Origin: a virus
Lineage: Duplodnaviria > Heunggongvirae > Uroviricota > Caudoviricetes
Length of the DNA: 34,603 bases
Strand: one strand, 5' to 3'
IMG/VR virus record: IMGVR_UViG_2541047739_000006
The notes below the pieces were generated by a model. That model searched no databases. It was not told where the DNA came from and saw only the letters and a list, made by a program, of their open reading frames with translations. Positions 8,946-18,666 of this stretch are shown here, piece after piece (within the stretch, counting starts at the first letter, position 1; each line of letters starts with the position of its first letter). The position numbers and the translations under genes are program-made.

Positions 8946-11688
8946 TCTTATCCGTCAGGTTATCAGTGCGTCTGAAAACAACTGGCCTCATGTGCTGGGC
9001 TGCCTGAACATAAATGTCCCTGACTCTCCGCGCCGTCATGCTCCCTGCCCTGCATGTGGGGGCAAAGATCGATTCCGGTTCGATGACAACGGGCGCGGTA
9101 GCTTCATCTGTAATCAGTGCGGCGCTGGTGATGGGCTGGATTTAATTAAACGCGTAAATAACTGCGACACAACAGAGGCGGCGCTTCTTGCCGCTGATGT
9201 TCTGGGTATTGATTACCGGACAACGGAAACACCAGAAGCCACCAGCCAGAAACGGGAACAACTGGAAACCGAGCGCCAGCGACGCGAACAGGAGCGCCTG
9301 AAAAGGGCAGAGAAGGACGAACAACAAAGACGGGATACGTTTTCCCGTCAGTTTGATGACATGCGCAGAAAGGCTGTAAACGGCAAATCTGATTATCTGG
9401 TTGCGAAAGGGGTAGGTGATTTTACATTCCCCGTGTTGCCCGATGGATCTCTGTTGCTGGCGCTGGTGGATAAATCCGGCGCAGTCACAGCAGCACAGAC
9501 TATTACATCACATGGTGAAAAAAGACTCCTGACAGGTTCAGCAAAGCGGGGGGCATATCACGCCATAAACGCGCCAGAAACAACACAGAGCATCTTAATC
9601 GCAGAAGGGCTGGCAACGGCATTATCTGCCCATTTAATTCGTCCAGAGGCGCTGACAGTGGCGGCGATTGATGCCGGGAACCTGTTATATGTCGCCCAGG
9701 TACTGCGGGATAAATTTCCTTCAGCACAAATCATCATTGCTGCGGATAACGACCACAGCGAAGGAAGACAAAACACGGGGAGAATAGCAGCAGAAAAAGC
9801 AGCTTTATCTGTTTCTGGATGGGTGGCATTACCCCCGACAGATCACAAAGCAGACTGGAATGATTACCACCAAAAACACGGCATTAAATGCGCCACAGAA
9901 GCGTTCAATAAGTCAATGTACCAACCACAGGGTAATGGCGTGAAACATGAGCCACAGACCATTGAGGGAAGCGATTTTAAGGTTATGGATACCGACCCAC
10001 TGAAACCAAGAATAGAAAGCCGCGAGGATGGTATTTATTGGGTATCTCCGAGAGCTGACAGCCAGAGTGGAGAAATCATCAATAACGAAAGCTGGTTATG
10101 TTCTCCGTTAAGCGTTATCGGTACTGGCAGAGACGATAAAGACCAGTATCTCATTCTTCGCTGGCTGTCGTTTGGTTCTGAAACGCCGACAACCGCTGCC
10201 ATTCCACTGGCTGATATTGGTGAACGTGAAGGATGGCGCACACTTAAAGCTGGTGGGGTAAATGTCACGACCAAAAGCAGCCTCAGAGCAATACTGGCAG
10301 ACTGGCTACAACGCAGTGGCTCTCGTGAATTGTGGCGTGTTGCTCATGCCACTGGCTGGCAATGCGGAGCGTACATCATGCCTGATGGGGAAATCATCGG
10401 AACACCTGAAAATCCTGTGCTGTTCAGCGGGAGAAGCTCAGCCGCAGCCGGATATACCGTCTCAGGGAGCGCGAAAAGCTGGCGTGATAACGTGGCGCGT
10501 CTGGCCTTTGGTAACTATTCAATGATGACCGGGATCGGCGCAGCACTGGCAGCGCCATTGATTGGGCTGGTGGGCGCTGACGGGTTCGGCATTCATTTCT
10601 ATGAGCAGTCGAGCGCAGGTAAGACCACCACGGCAAACGTGGCGAGCAGCTTATACGGCAACCCTGATTTACTGCGGCTGACGTGGTACGGAACCGCGCT
10701 GGGGCTGGCAAATGAGGCCGCCGCCCACAATGACGGACTAATGCCGCTTGATGAAGTTGGTCAGGGCGCTGATCCTGTCAGCGTTTCACAGTCTGCCTAT
10801 GCGTTATTTAACGGTGTAGGGAAACTGCAAGGCGCTAAAGATGGTGGAAACCGGGATCTAAAACGCTGGCGTACAGTGGCAATCAGCACCGGAGAAATGG
10901 ATTTAGAAACATTTATCGCTACTTCCGGGCGAAAAACCAAAGCCGGGCAACTGGTGCGACTGCTGAATATTCCGTTGAGTAAAGCAGTACGCTTTCACGA
11001 TTACCAGAACGGAAAACAGCACGCAGACGCACTGAAAGACGCTTACCAGCATCACCACGGCGCGTCCGGGCGTGAGTGGATTAAATGGCTGGCAGACCAC
11101 CAGCAACAGGCTATTAAAACCGTTCGTGACTGCGAAAGCAGATGGAGAAGCCTGATCCCATCCGATTATGGTGAGCAGGTTCACCGTGTAGCCGCGCGAT
11201 TTGCCATTCTGGAGGCCGCATTGTTGTTAGGCGAGGTTGTAACAGGCTGGGATGCTCAGACATGCCGTGATGCGATACAGCACAGCTATAACGCATGGTT
11301 GCGCGAGTTCGGCACAGGTAACAAAGAGCATCAGCAGATTATTGAACAAACGGAGGCATTTCTTAATGCCTATGGGCTTAGCCGTTTTGCACCATTTCCA
11401 TACAGCCCGGCAGATTTGCCCATCAAAGATTTAGCCGGATACCGTCAGCGTGGAGAACATGACGAAAGCCCAATGATTTTCTACACATTCCCGGCCACAT
11501 TTGAAAAGGAGATCGCATGTGGTTTCAACGCAAAACAGTTTGCTGAAGTGTTGAAAAAAGCCGGGATGCTAACCCCACCAAACAGCGGTCGTGGATACCA
11601 AAGAAAATCACCACGTATTCAGGGACGACAAATAAACGTTTATGTACTCAATTACCAGCCAGGAGATTATAACTCATCTGAAGAATGA
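8929..11688 (+). CDS. P4 alpha-like primase-helicase (Zn-ribbon + TOPRIM primase + P-loop NTPase)
   Basis: 919-aa ORF; CPACGG...CNQCG zinc ribbon; TOPRIM-like ILIAEGLATALSA ... AADNDHSEG; Walker A SSAGKTT and Walker B LMPLDEVG; immediately followed by iterons. Confidence 0.88.
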   Translation: MMRNIDLIRQVISASENNWPHVLGCLNINVPDSPRRHAPCPACGGKDRFRFDDNGRGSFICNQCGAGDGLDLIKRVNNCDTTEAALLAADVLGIDYRTTETPEATSQKREQLETERQRREQERLKRAEKDEQQRRDTFSRQFDDMRRKAVNGKSDYLVAKGVGDFTFPVLPDGSLLLALVDKSGAVTAAQTITSHGEKRLLTGSAKRGAYHAINAPETTQSILIAEGLATALSAHLIRPEALTVAAIDAGNLLYVAQVLRDKFPSAQIIIAADNDHSEGRQNTGRIAAEKAALSVSGWVALPPTDHKADWNDYHQKHGIKCATEAFNKSMYQPQGNGVKHEPQTIEGSDFKVMDTDPLKPRIESREDGIYWVSPRADSQSGEIINNESWLCSPLSVIGTGRDDKDQYLILRWLSFGSETPTTAAIPLADIGEREGWRTLKAGGVNVTTKSSLRAILADWLQRSGSRELWRVAHATGWQCGAYIMPDGEIIGTPENPVLFSGRSSAAAGYTVSGSAKSWRDNVARLAFGNYSMMTGIGAALAAPLIGLVGADGFGIHFYEQSSAGKTTTANVASSLYGNPDLLRLTWYGTALGLANEAAAHNDGLMPLDEVGQGADPVSVSQSAYALFNGVGKLQGAKDGGNRDLKRWRTVAISTGEMDLETFIATSGRKTKAGQLVRLLNIPLSKAVRFHDYQNGKQHADALKDAYQHHHGASGREWIKWLADHQQQAIKTVRDCESRWRSLIPSDYGEQVHRVAARFAILEAALLLGEVVTGWDAQTCRDAIQHSYNAWLREFGTGNKEHQQIIEQTEAFLNAYGLSRFAPFPYSPADLPIKDLAGYRQRGEHDESPMIFYTFPATFEKEIACGFNAKQFAEVLKKAGMLTPPNSGRGYQRKSPRIQGRQINVYVLNYQPGDYNSSEE

Positions 11689-11706
11689 GCTTCTTCATGT
11701 GCGTAG

Positions 11707-11828
11707 AAAAGGTGTTGGTTCAGTTGGTTCAGTTGGTTCAATTTGTAAAGAGTATTGTTTTATAAGGATTTTATTCTTTTTATTGAACCAACACTGAACC
11801 AACAACACGGTATTTTGAACCAACACAA
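11707..11828. repeat. ori-like iteron module: 3 direct GTTGGTTCA, AT-rich spacer, 3 inverted TGAACCAAC
   Basis: Read directly: AAAAGGTGTTGGTTCAGTTGGTTCAGTTGGTTCAATTTGTAAAGA ... TTGAACCAACACTGAACCAACAACAC ... TTGAACCAACAC, directly 3' of the primase gene; same architecture as the P4 ori with type I iterons. Confidence 0.6.
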
Positions 11829-12143
11829 TGTGACTGAATTGATGCGCACAACACCTGGCTGGCATCAGAGAGTGTTTTACGAGACTTTCGTAAAATCCTG
11901 TGTACAAGGGCGTGACGTTTTTGAAAGTGAGCACTACGAAATTTTCGTAGTTCAGAAAACAGCCTCTGAGAAGTTGTTATGCCTGTTCAGCAAACCATCC
12001 GCATAGCTGATCGCGAATCAAATTACCAATGGAGCCAGAAGCAAGGGCAGAACTGAAAAGCGCCTGCCGTGAAGAGTAATGCGACACCATAAATATAGTT
12101 TTTAGAGTCCATAAAAAACCTGTCAAAACCTGACACACAGAAC

Positions 12144-12178
12144 GATGCCACCAGCTACTGAGCGGTGGCATTTTTTTG
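12144..12178 (+). terminator. intrinsic terminator
   Basis: GATGCCACC-AGCTACTGAGC-GGTGGCATC stem-loop followed by TTTTTTT. Confidence 0.6.
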
Positions 12179-12272
12179 TGCTATTTGTTTCATATTTTGC
12201 AATTACGATGATGAATATTGCGATTTGTGAAACTATAATAACTGTTGTTTTATACAGTTCTAAGGGGGCGTT

Positions 12273-12434
12273 ATGGCTATTTCAGTAAAGCCGGTATTGA
12301 TAAGTGAGAAGCAAATGGAAGCGATAAAGAAAATTCAGGAAGAGCAGCGTAAAAAATCAGGAATTGGAGTAGCGCCAACTCTGCATGAAATTGCACGAGG
12401 GTTAATAGATAAGGCGCTGGCAGGCTGTATGTGA
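12273..12434 (+). CDS. small ribbon-helix-helix-like protein (53 aa)
   Basis: AGGGGG Shine-Dalgarno 6 nt before ATG; beta-strand/helix/G-turn/helix pattern (VKPVLISEKQMEAIKKI...G...TLHEIARGLIDKAL); below the ORF-track length cutoff. Confidence 0.45.
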   Translation: MAISVKPVLISEKQMEAIKKIQEEQRKKSGIGVAPTLHEIARGLIDKALAGCM

Positions 12435-12450
12435 AAATGGATGGCATCGC

Positions 12451-12912
12451 ATGGAACTAAAATTTATTGATAACCCTGTGCGATTACAGGCCTTTCTTAA
12501 CGAGCCAGGCAATACCGAAAATATTGTTGAGCCGGGGCACACGTACTACATCAAGCCTGATGCGGTATATCTCGGCATCTACGAAGGATTAGTGCTGGCT
12601 GGCGTTCATGAAGTGCGTAACTTCTGGCATAGCGTTGTTGAATGCCATGCGGTGTACGACCCCGGATTCCGTGGTGAATATGCACTGCAAGGACATCGAT
12701 TATTCTGCAAATGGCTTCTCGAAAACTCACCATTCCTTAACAGCATTACCATGGTTCCTGACACCACGAAATACGGACGGGCAATTATCCGTTTGCTTGG
12801 CGCTACCCGTGTTGGTCATCTTGATGATGCTTATATCAGATGTGGTAAACCCGTCGGCGTAACGCTTTATCAGTTAACTCGGCAACAATATAAGGAATTC
12901 AGCGAATGTTAA
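12451..12912 (+). CDS. hypothetical protein (possible P22 gp14-like; low confidence)
   Basis: 153-aa ORF, first of a same-strand run of four genes whose sizes (153/225/249+/701 aa) parallel P22 genes 14-7-20-16 as I recall them; similarity not verified. Confidence 0.65.
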   Translation: MELKFIDNPVRLQAFLNEPGNTENIVEPGHTYYIKPDAVYLGIYEGLVLAGVHEVRNFWHSVVECHAVYDPGFRGEYALQGHRLFCKWLLENSPFLNSITMVPDTTKYGRAIIRLLGATRVGHLDDAYIRCGKPVGVTLYQLTRQQYKEFSEC

Positions 12913-13583
12913 TTACCCATATAGCTTATAAACATCTCAATCGTGCCGTATACGAAAAAGGCGGTGATGGTGGTGCCTCTAAAGCTCAGGCGAAGGCCCA
13001 GCAGCAGGCAATTGATTTGCAGCGCGAGCAGTGGAATACGGTGATGAATAATCTCAAGCCGTATGCAGAAGTCGGATTGCCTGCTTTACAACAACTACAA
13101 GGACTGATGACTCTGGAAGGGCAGAATAAAGCCGCGAATGATTTCTTTGGTTCTGGTTTATATAAAACACAGGCAGATCAGGCCCGTTATCAGAACCTTG
13201 TCTCAGCAGAAGCTACCGGGGGGCTTGGCTCAACAGCTACCAGTAACCAGTTATCTTCCATTGCGCCCATGCTTTATAACAATTGGCTCAGTGGGCAAAT
13301 GCAAAATTATGGAAACCTGCTAAATGTCGGGATGAATGCGGCATCAGGGCAGGCAACAGCAGGGCAAAACTACGCCAATAATACCGGACAACTCTTGCAG
13401 GGGCTTGGCGCTATTCGTGCAGGTCAGGCGCAGCAGCCATCCAGTCTTGCGCGTGGTATTGGTGGGGCGGCATCAGGCGCTTTAGCGGGTGCGCAACTTG
13501 GTTCCGTTGTTCCGGGTATAGGTAATGTCGCCGGGGCTATTGGTGGTGGGCTTATTGGTCTTGTTGGGGGGCTTGGATTCTAA
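12906..13583 (+). CDS. Q/G-rich hypothetical protein with glycine-zipper C-terminus (possible phage ejection/internal protein)
   Basis: 225-aa ORF overlapping the upstream stop; C-terminus GGAASGALAGAQLGSVVPGIGNVAGAIGGGLIGLVGGLGF. Confidence 0.65.
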   Translation: MLITHIAYKHLNRAVYEKGGDGGASKAQAKAQQQAIDLQREQWNTVMNNLKPYAEVGLPALQQLQGLMTLEGQNKAANDFFGSGLYKTQADQARYQNLVSAEATGGLGSTATSNQLSSIAPMLYNNWLSGQMQNYGNLLNVGMNAASGQATAGQNYANNTGQLLQGLGAIRAGQAQQPSSLARGIGGAASGALAGAQLGSVVPGIGNVAGAIGGGLIGLVGGLGF

Positions 13584-14327
13584 TGGCGACATGGCAACTT
13601 GGCGGGCTGCCTAGCATGGCACCGCAAAATGATAATGCTCCTCGTTCTTCCGTTCCTCAGCCTGTGCAGTATCAGCAGCAGCCAAACGTAGGTTTAATGG
13701 CGCTACAGGGGCTAAGAGGCGTTGCTGAGATTAATCAGCAGGCACGTCAACAACAGCGTAAAGCAGAGTTTCAGAAAGCATATGCCGGGGCTTTTGAGTC
13801 TGGAGACAGAAACAAAATGCGCAGTCTTATTTCTGAGTATCCAGAAGAATTTGAAAGCGTTCAGAAAGGGATGGGCTTTATTGATGACGACCAGAGAAAT
13901 TCTATTGGTCATCTTGCGACTAGTGCTCAAATCGCATCTTCGCTCGGAACTGGGGCATTTGGAAAATTCATAGCAGATAACGAAGATGAAATGCGTCGTT
14001 TGGGAATTTCTCCTGAGTCTGTTGCCGAAATGCATGTTAATGATCCACAGGGATTCCAGCGGCTTGCTGGTAGTATGGCACTGTTTTCTCTCGGTCATGA
14101 GAAGTACTTCGATATCAAAGATCGAATGGAAGGTCGGGATATTGAGCGTGGCAAGTTGGCAGAGACGATCCGCAGCAATCAAGCCGGAGAAGCACTTCAG
14201 GCGAGAGGGCAGGATATTAGCCGAGCAAATGCGTTAACGTCAGCATATGCACCAACAGCCGCAATGCAGAATTACAATCAATACGCGCAAATGTTAAAGG
14301 CGGATCCAGAGGGGGCTGCGGCATTTG
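13583..14327 (+). pseudogene. hypothetical phage-like protein, 3'-truncated by IS1
   Basis: ORF starts at the upstream stop (ATGG overlap) and runs into the IS1 end at 14328; the apparent stop lies inside IS1. Confidence 0.6.
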
Positions 14328-14342
14328 GGTAATGACTCCAAC

Positions 14343-14846
14343 TTATTGATAGTGTTTTATGTTCAGATAATGCCCGATGACTTTGTCATGCAGCTCCACC
14401 GATTTTGAGAACGACAGCGACTTCCGTCCCAGCCGTGCCAGGTGCTGCCTCAGATTCAGGTTATGCCGCTCAATTCGCTGCGTATATCGCTTGCTGATTA
14501 CGTGCAGCTTTCCCTTCAGGCGGGATTCATACAGCGGCCAGCCATCCGTCATCCATATCACCACGTCAAAGGGTGACAGCAGGCTCATAAGACGCCCCAG
14601 CGTCGCCATAGTGCGTTCACCGAATACGTGCGCAACAACCGTCTTCCGGAGCCTGTCATACGCGTAAAACAGCCAGCGCTGGCGCGATTTAGCCCCGACA
14701 TAGCCCCACTGTTCGTCCATTTCCGCGCAGACGATGACGTCACTGCCCGGCTGTATGCGCGAGGTTACCGACTGCGGCCTGAGTTTTTTAAGTGACGTAA
14801 AATCGTGTTGAGGCCAACGCCCATAATGCGGGCTGTTGCCCGGCAT
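14343..14846 (-). CDS. insB: IS1 InsB
   Basis: Identical 167-aa InsB as at 5821..6324. Confidence 0.95.
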
Positions 14847-15040
14847 CCAACGCCATTCATGGCCATATCAATGATTTTCTGGTGCGTACCGGGTTGAGAA
14901 GCGGTGTAAGTGAACTGCAGTTGCCATGTTTTACGGCAGTGAGAGCAGAGATAGCGCTGATGTCCGGCGGTGCTTTTGCCGTTACGCACCACCCCGTCAG
15001 TAGCTGAACAGGAGGGACAGCTGATAGAAACAGAAGCCAC
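14765..15040 (-). CDS. insA: IS1 InsA
   Basis: Identical 91-aa InsA as at 5627..5902. Confidence 0.95.
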
Positions 15041-15104
15041 TGGAGCACCTCAAAAACACCATCATACACTAAATCAGTAAGTTGGCAGCATCACCGGGTG
15101 ATTA

Positions 15105-17210
15105 ATGGCTAAAGCATGGAAAGATGTTATCGCCTCTCCACAGTATCAGGCGTTAGCACCAGAACAAAAAGCGCAGGCTCAGGAGCAATACTTCAATGAA
15201 GTCGTGGCCCCGCAAGCCGGAGAAAGTGTAGCGCAGGCTAAGCAGGCTTTTTATGCTGCCTATCCACTACCATCAACGAATGAAATAGACCGATCCCAAT
15301 CAGCAACTCAAAATATTCAACATACATCATCTGATAATTCTCTTGCGTCAGGGTATGCAAAGTTAGCTACTCAGCAAAGAGAGGGGCTTGAGCGTTCAGC
15401 AGAACAGGGAGCCAGTCTTGGGGCTGCGATGCGCGATGCTATAACAGGCGAAAGCCGAATGACTCCAGAGATGGAGAGACTGCAAAATGTCGACCTTGCC
15501 CCAGAGTTAACCTCACTCAGCATGGGTGCTCTAAAAGCTCGATGGTCTCAACTTTTCGGCTCTGACGCATCTCAGGAAAAGATTCTTCAGAGCATGGGAG
15601 CGAAATTAAGGCAGGATGAGAAGGGTAACACTATCGTTTCCCTGCCATCCGGTGATTATGCTCTGAACAAGCCGGGTTTATCGCCGCAAGACGTGGCATC
15701 GTTTCTGGCTAATGCGCTGGCGTTTACACCAGCGGGCAGGGCTGGAACGGTGCTTGGTGCCATAGGAAAATCAGCAGCTACAGATTTAGCACTACAGGGA
15801 GCCACCAGCCTTGCTGGTGGAGAAGATATTGATCCGTTACAAACGGTAATTTCTGCTGGCATTGGTGGTATTGGTAAGGGGCTGGAAAATACAGCGAGTG
15901 CGGTTTCGAGGGCTGTTCGTGGTGATATGTCGCCTGAAGCAAAGGCTGCTGTCAACTTTGCATCGGAAAGAAATCTGCCGTTAATGACCAGTGACATGCT
16001 GAAAGATAAAACCTTTATGCAGAGTCAGGCTCAGACATTAGGCGAAAGAGTTCCTTTTTTTGGAACCGGTAAGAATCGGCTGAATCAACAACAAGCACGA
16101 GAAAATTTAGTCAGAACATTTAGCGATGGTCTGGGTGGCATTTCTGATAAACAGCTTTATGAATCTGCGACTAAAGGGCAACAAAAATTCATTGAGGCAG
16201 CAGGAAAGCGATATAACCGCATAATTGACGCTATGGGGGATACCCCTGTCGATCTCTCAAACACGGTAAAAGCTATCGACAATCAGATTGCCGTGTTAAG
16301 CCGCCCGGGCAAATCTCAGGATAGAGCCGCGGTAAAAGTCTTGCAGCAATTTAAAGACGATATCACCAGCGGACCAAATGACCTGCGTCTGGCGAGGGAA
16401 AACAGAACCGATCTTCGAAAGCGATTTATGGCGTCATCTGACACTGTTGATAAAGATACGCTCCAGAAAGCCAGCGATATTATCTACAAGGCATATACGG
16501 CGGATATGAAAAAAGCCGTAGCCAAAAATCTTGGAGCAGACGAAGCCATTAATATGGCAAGGGTTGATCGGTCATGGTCTAAATTCAATGACATGATGGG
16601 AAGAACGCGCGTTCAAAAGGCAATAGCCAGCGGTAAGGCCACGCCTGAGGATGTAACAAAACTCGTTTTTAGCCAAAGCCCATCAGAACGTTCTCAGCTT
16701 TACAGGCTTCTGGATGACAATGGTAGGCAAAACGCACGAGCAGCCATAGTTCAGAATGCTGTAGATAAGGCGACTGATCCGTCTGGAAATATCAGTGTTG
16801 AGAAGTTTATTAATGCGTTACACCGGAACAGGAAGCAATCAGCAACTTTCTTTAAAGGCGTACATGGAAAGGAACTGGACGGCGTTATTAAATACCTCAA
16901 CGATACAAGACACGCGGCAAAAGCGAACGTTCAAAACTTAAATGGTCAGCAGCTTTATGGATTGTTAGTTGGTGGTGGCATCATAAACGCAGCAGTATTA
17001 GCGGGGATGCTAAAAACGGCTGCGTTTGTTGTTCCTGCTGCTGGTGCCGTAGGCGGAGCAGCGAAGGCATACGAAAGCCCTGTTATACGAAATGCCTTGT
17101 TACGTCTGGCAAATACGCCAAAAGGTAGCACAGCATATGACAGAGCGATCAGTACGGTCACACAATCGCTCACCAGAGTCGCACAGGCATCACAAAAAGA
17201 AGCTCAATAA
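15105..17210 (+). CDS. large A/Q/G-rich hypothetical protein (possible phage ejection / DNA-transfer protein)
   Basis: 701-aa ORF starting 10 nt after the IS1 end (in-frame TGA 2 codons upstream); low-complexity coiled-coil-like N-terminus and hydrophobic glycine-rich C-terminal segment. Confidence 0.65.
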   Translation: MAKAWKDVIASPQYQALAPEQKAQAQEQYFNEVVAPQAGESVAQAKQAFYAAYPLPSTNEIDRSQSATQNIQHTSSDNSLASGYAKLATQQREGLERSAEQGASLGAAMRDAITGESRMTPEMERLQNVDLAPELTSLSMGALKARWSQLFGSDASQEKILQSMGAKLRQDEKGNTIVSLPSGDYALNKPGLSPQDVASFLANALAFTPAGRAGTVLGAIGKSAATDLALQGATSLAGGEDIDPLQTVISAGIGGIGKGLENTASAVSRAVRGDMSPEAKAAVNFASERNLPLMTSDMLKDKTFMQSQAQTLGERVPFFGTGKNRLNQQQARENLVRTFSDGLGGISDKQLYESATKGQQKFIEAAGKRYNRIIDAMGDTPVDLSNTVKAIDNQIAVLSRPGKSQDRAAVKVLQQFKDDITSGPNDLRLARENRTDLRKRFMASSDTVDKDTLQKASDIIYKAYTADMKKAVAKNLGADEAINMARVDRSWSKFNDMMGRTRVQKAIASGKATPEDVTKLVFSQSPSERSQLYRLLDDNGRQNARAAIVQNAVDKATDPSGNISVEKFINALHRNRKQSATFFKGVHGKELDGVIKYLNDTRHAAKANVQNLNGQQLYGLLVGGGIINAAVLAGMLKTAAFVVPAAGAVGGAAKAYESPVIRNALLRLANTPKGSTAYDRAISTVTQSLTRVAQASQKEAQ

Positions 17211-17229
17211 CTGGTTAGCCATGGATGGC

Positions 17230-17844
17230 TTAGATATCTCTGCTGTCTCCATTAGGAAATAAAAGATAATATGGATTTGCCTTTCTTGCTCTCCTTGCTT
17301 CACCCGGATACCTGTTAGTCAGTAGCTTGCATAATGAGCAGAGAACAACACTCAAGAAAATTCCGAATGAGAAGATCAATATCTCACCAAAAATCAATGG
17401 CGATATTAAATTTTCAGGATTTAATGATAAGTCAATGTTAAAAACATATTGAGCAATACCAGTAAGTATCAATAATATAATCCCTATGGAATACATTGCT
17501 GTTTCCCAAACATCAGACAGTCTATTTTTGAATTGTTCGCTGGAGTAGTAGTTTGTTATAAAGTCAGAAAAATCACTCTCATATGCATCATCTTTAGGTG
17601 ATGTTAGAAATCCTCTGTCTCTCCATACCTTCTCCCAATTAGTCGATTCTTTTTTTAAGGAAAAATAAATATGTATTCCCAAAAGGATAGCCAAAATTGG
17701 TGTTAGCTCTAAAAAATAGAATGTTATGGAATAAATAATACTGCCATGTTCAAACTCATCTGGGACTATCATGTATGCACAAAAATAAATTGAAAAGTAC
17801 ACCATGCAGATAGTTAGCAATTCTTTAGTATCTTTTCTGCTCAC
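17230..17844 (-). CDS. multi-pass membrane protein, AT-rich, unknown function
   Basis: 204-aa ORF with several hydrophobic segments (ICMVYFSIYFCAYMIV, LTPILAILLGIHIYF, IGIILLILTGIAQYVF, IFGEILIFSFGIFLSVVLC); composition sharply more AT-rich than its neighbours. Confidence 0.6.
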   Translation of the reverse strand: MSRKDTKELLTICMVYFSIYFCAYMIVPDEFEHGSIIYSITFYFLELTPILAILLGIHIYFSLKKESTNWEKVWRDRGFLTSPKDDAYESDFSDFITNYYSSEQFKNRLSDVWETAMYSIGIILLILTGIAQYVFNIDLSLNPENLISPLIFGEILIFSFGIFLSVVLCSLCKLLTNRYPGEARRARKANPYYLLFPNGDSRDI

Positions 17845-17957
17845 ACCAACCCCCTTTAGCGTTGTTTAGAATGGCAATCATCATATATCCAAGACATGGC
17901 ATTTGGTACATAGCTTGGGTCGGGATTTCAAGTCCGCTCCCAGTTGATGGGGCCGTT

Positions 17958-18342
17958 ACAGTACGCGCATATCCGCTTTATGTGAAACAGGAAGATTTTT
18001 CTGATATCACTGCCACAGCAAAACACCAATTTCGTGACCAGTACGCGCGCGAGGGGTATCAGTTGCAAAATTTTTTGCAACTGCGTCCGACCAGTACGCA
18101 CACGATGGCGGGGGATACCATAAAACTGTTCTCTACATGAGACAGAGTGGTGGTGATGTGTTGATTATCGGCGTATATGCGCACAGGACGCGCTATGACG
18201 ATGTTTTATGCGGGTACACCAATCACATGTATCTGGTGTGATAAATCGCGTTACATGACCTCTCATGTTGTGCTGGTGGTTATCACGACTTTCTGAATCT
18301 GGCCTTTGCCTGATATTTTGCGACAAGTACGCGCGCGTAGCA
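17958..18342. repeat. repeat family with alternating-CG palindromic core (CAGTACGCGC at 17958; GACCAGTACGCGCGCGA at 18036; GACCAGTACGCACACGA at 18089; GACAAGTACGCGCGCGTAGCA at 18322) plus an 11-bp inverted repeat CAGTTGCAAAA-tt-TTTTGCAACTG at 18060..18083
   Basis: Read directly; a fifth copy lies at 19712..19734. Confidence 0.6.
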
Positions 18343-18365
18343 TCGACAGCATACACATTGGATAT

Positions 18366-18587
18366 TCATTTTGTGACCAATGCGATAAGTAGCGGGATAA
18401 GAATTGATAAAATCAACAGGCCGATGATCCACTTTTGATTTTCACTGGCCTTATCTCTATTTTCATCAATCTTATCAATAATTCGACGCTCCAATCCGTG
18501 CATATCACCGCGAATGGCAATCATCTCATTGCGAACATCAGGGAAGTGGTTGGCTTGATGTTCAATGTGTGGCGTTCTGCCTTTCAT
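18366..18587 (-). CDS. small tail-anchored membrane protein (coiled-coil N-terminus + C-terminal TM)
   Basis: 73-aa ORF; charged N-terminal region then WIIGLLILSILIPLLIALV; resembles XhlA/holin-like small proteins, not verified. Confidence 0.5.
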   Translation of the reverse strand: MKGRTPHIEHQANHFPDVRNEMIAIRGDMHGLERRIIDKIDENRDKASENQKWIIGLLILSILIPLLIALVTK

Positions 18588-18666
18588 ATCTGATCCTCAC
18601 CTATCGTCACTACCTGCTGGTGTATAAAGGTATTGGCCCAAGCAACTTTCCAATGGGCACTCATGT

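Larger units (their letters stand above)
14328..15095 (-). mobile_element. IS1 (768 bp), complete, inverted relative to first copy, no target duplication
   Basis: GGTAATGACTCCAACTTATTGAT at 14328 and ATCAGTAAGTTGGCAGCATCACC ending 15095; flanks CGGCATTTG / GGGTGATTA do not match. Confidence 0.97.

Noticed and set aside
11755-12006. TTG-start 83-aa ORF running through the ori iterons
   Set aside because: Its translation simply reads through the inverted iterons, with no ribosome-binding site; most likely non-coding origin DNA.
5572-15095. Composite IS1 transposon spanning both IS1 copies
   Set aside because: The first IS1 has its own intact 9-bp duplication and the second has none, so they are independent insertions rather than the ends of one transposed unit.
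17862-18140. 92-aa ORF between the membrane-protein gene and the small TM-protein gene
   Set aside because: The region is dominated by the CG-core repeats and the 11-bp inverted repeat; no Shine-Dalgarno sequence; interpreted as a regulatory region.
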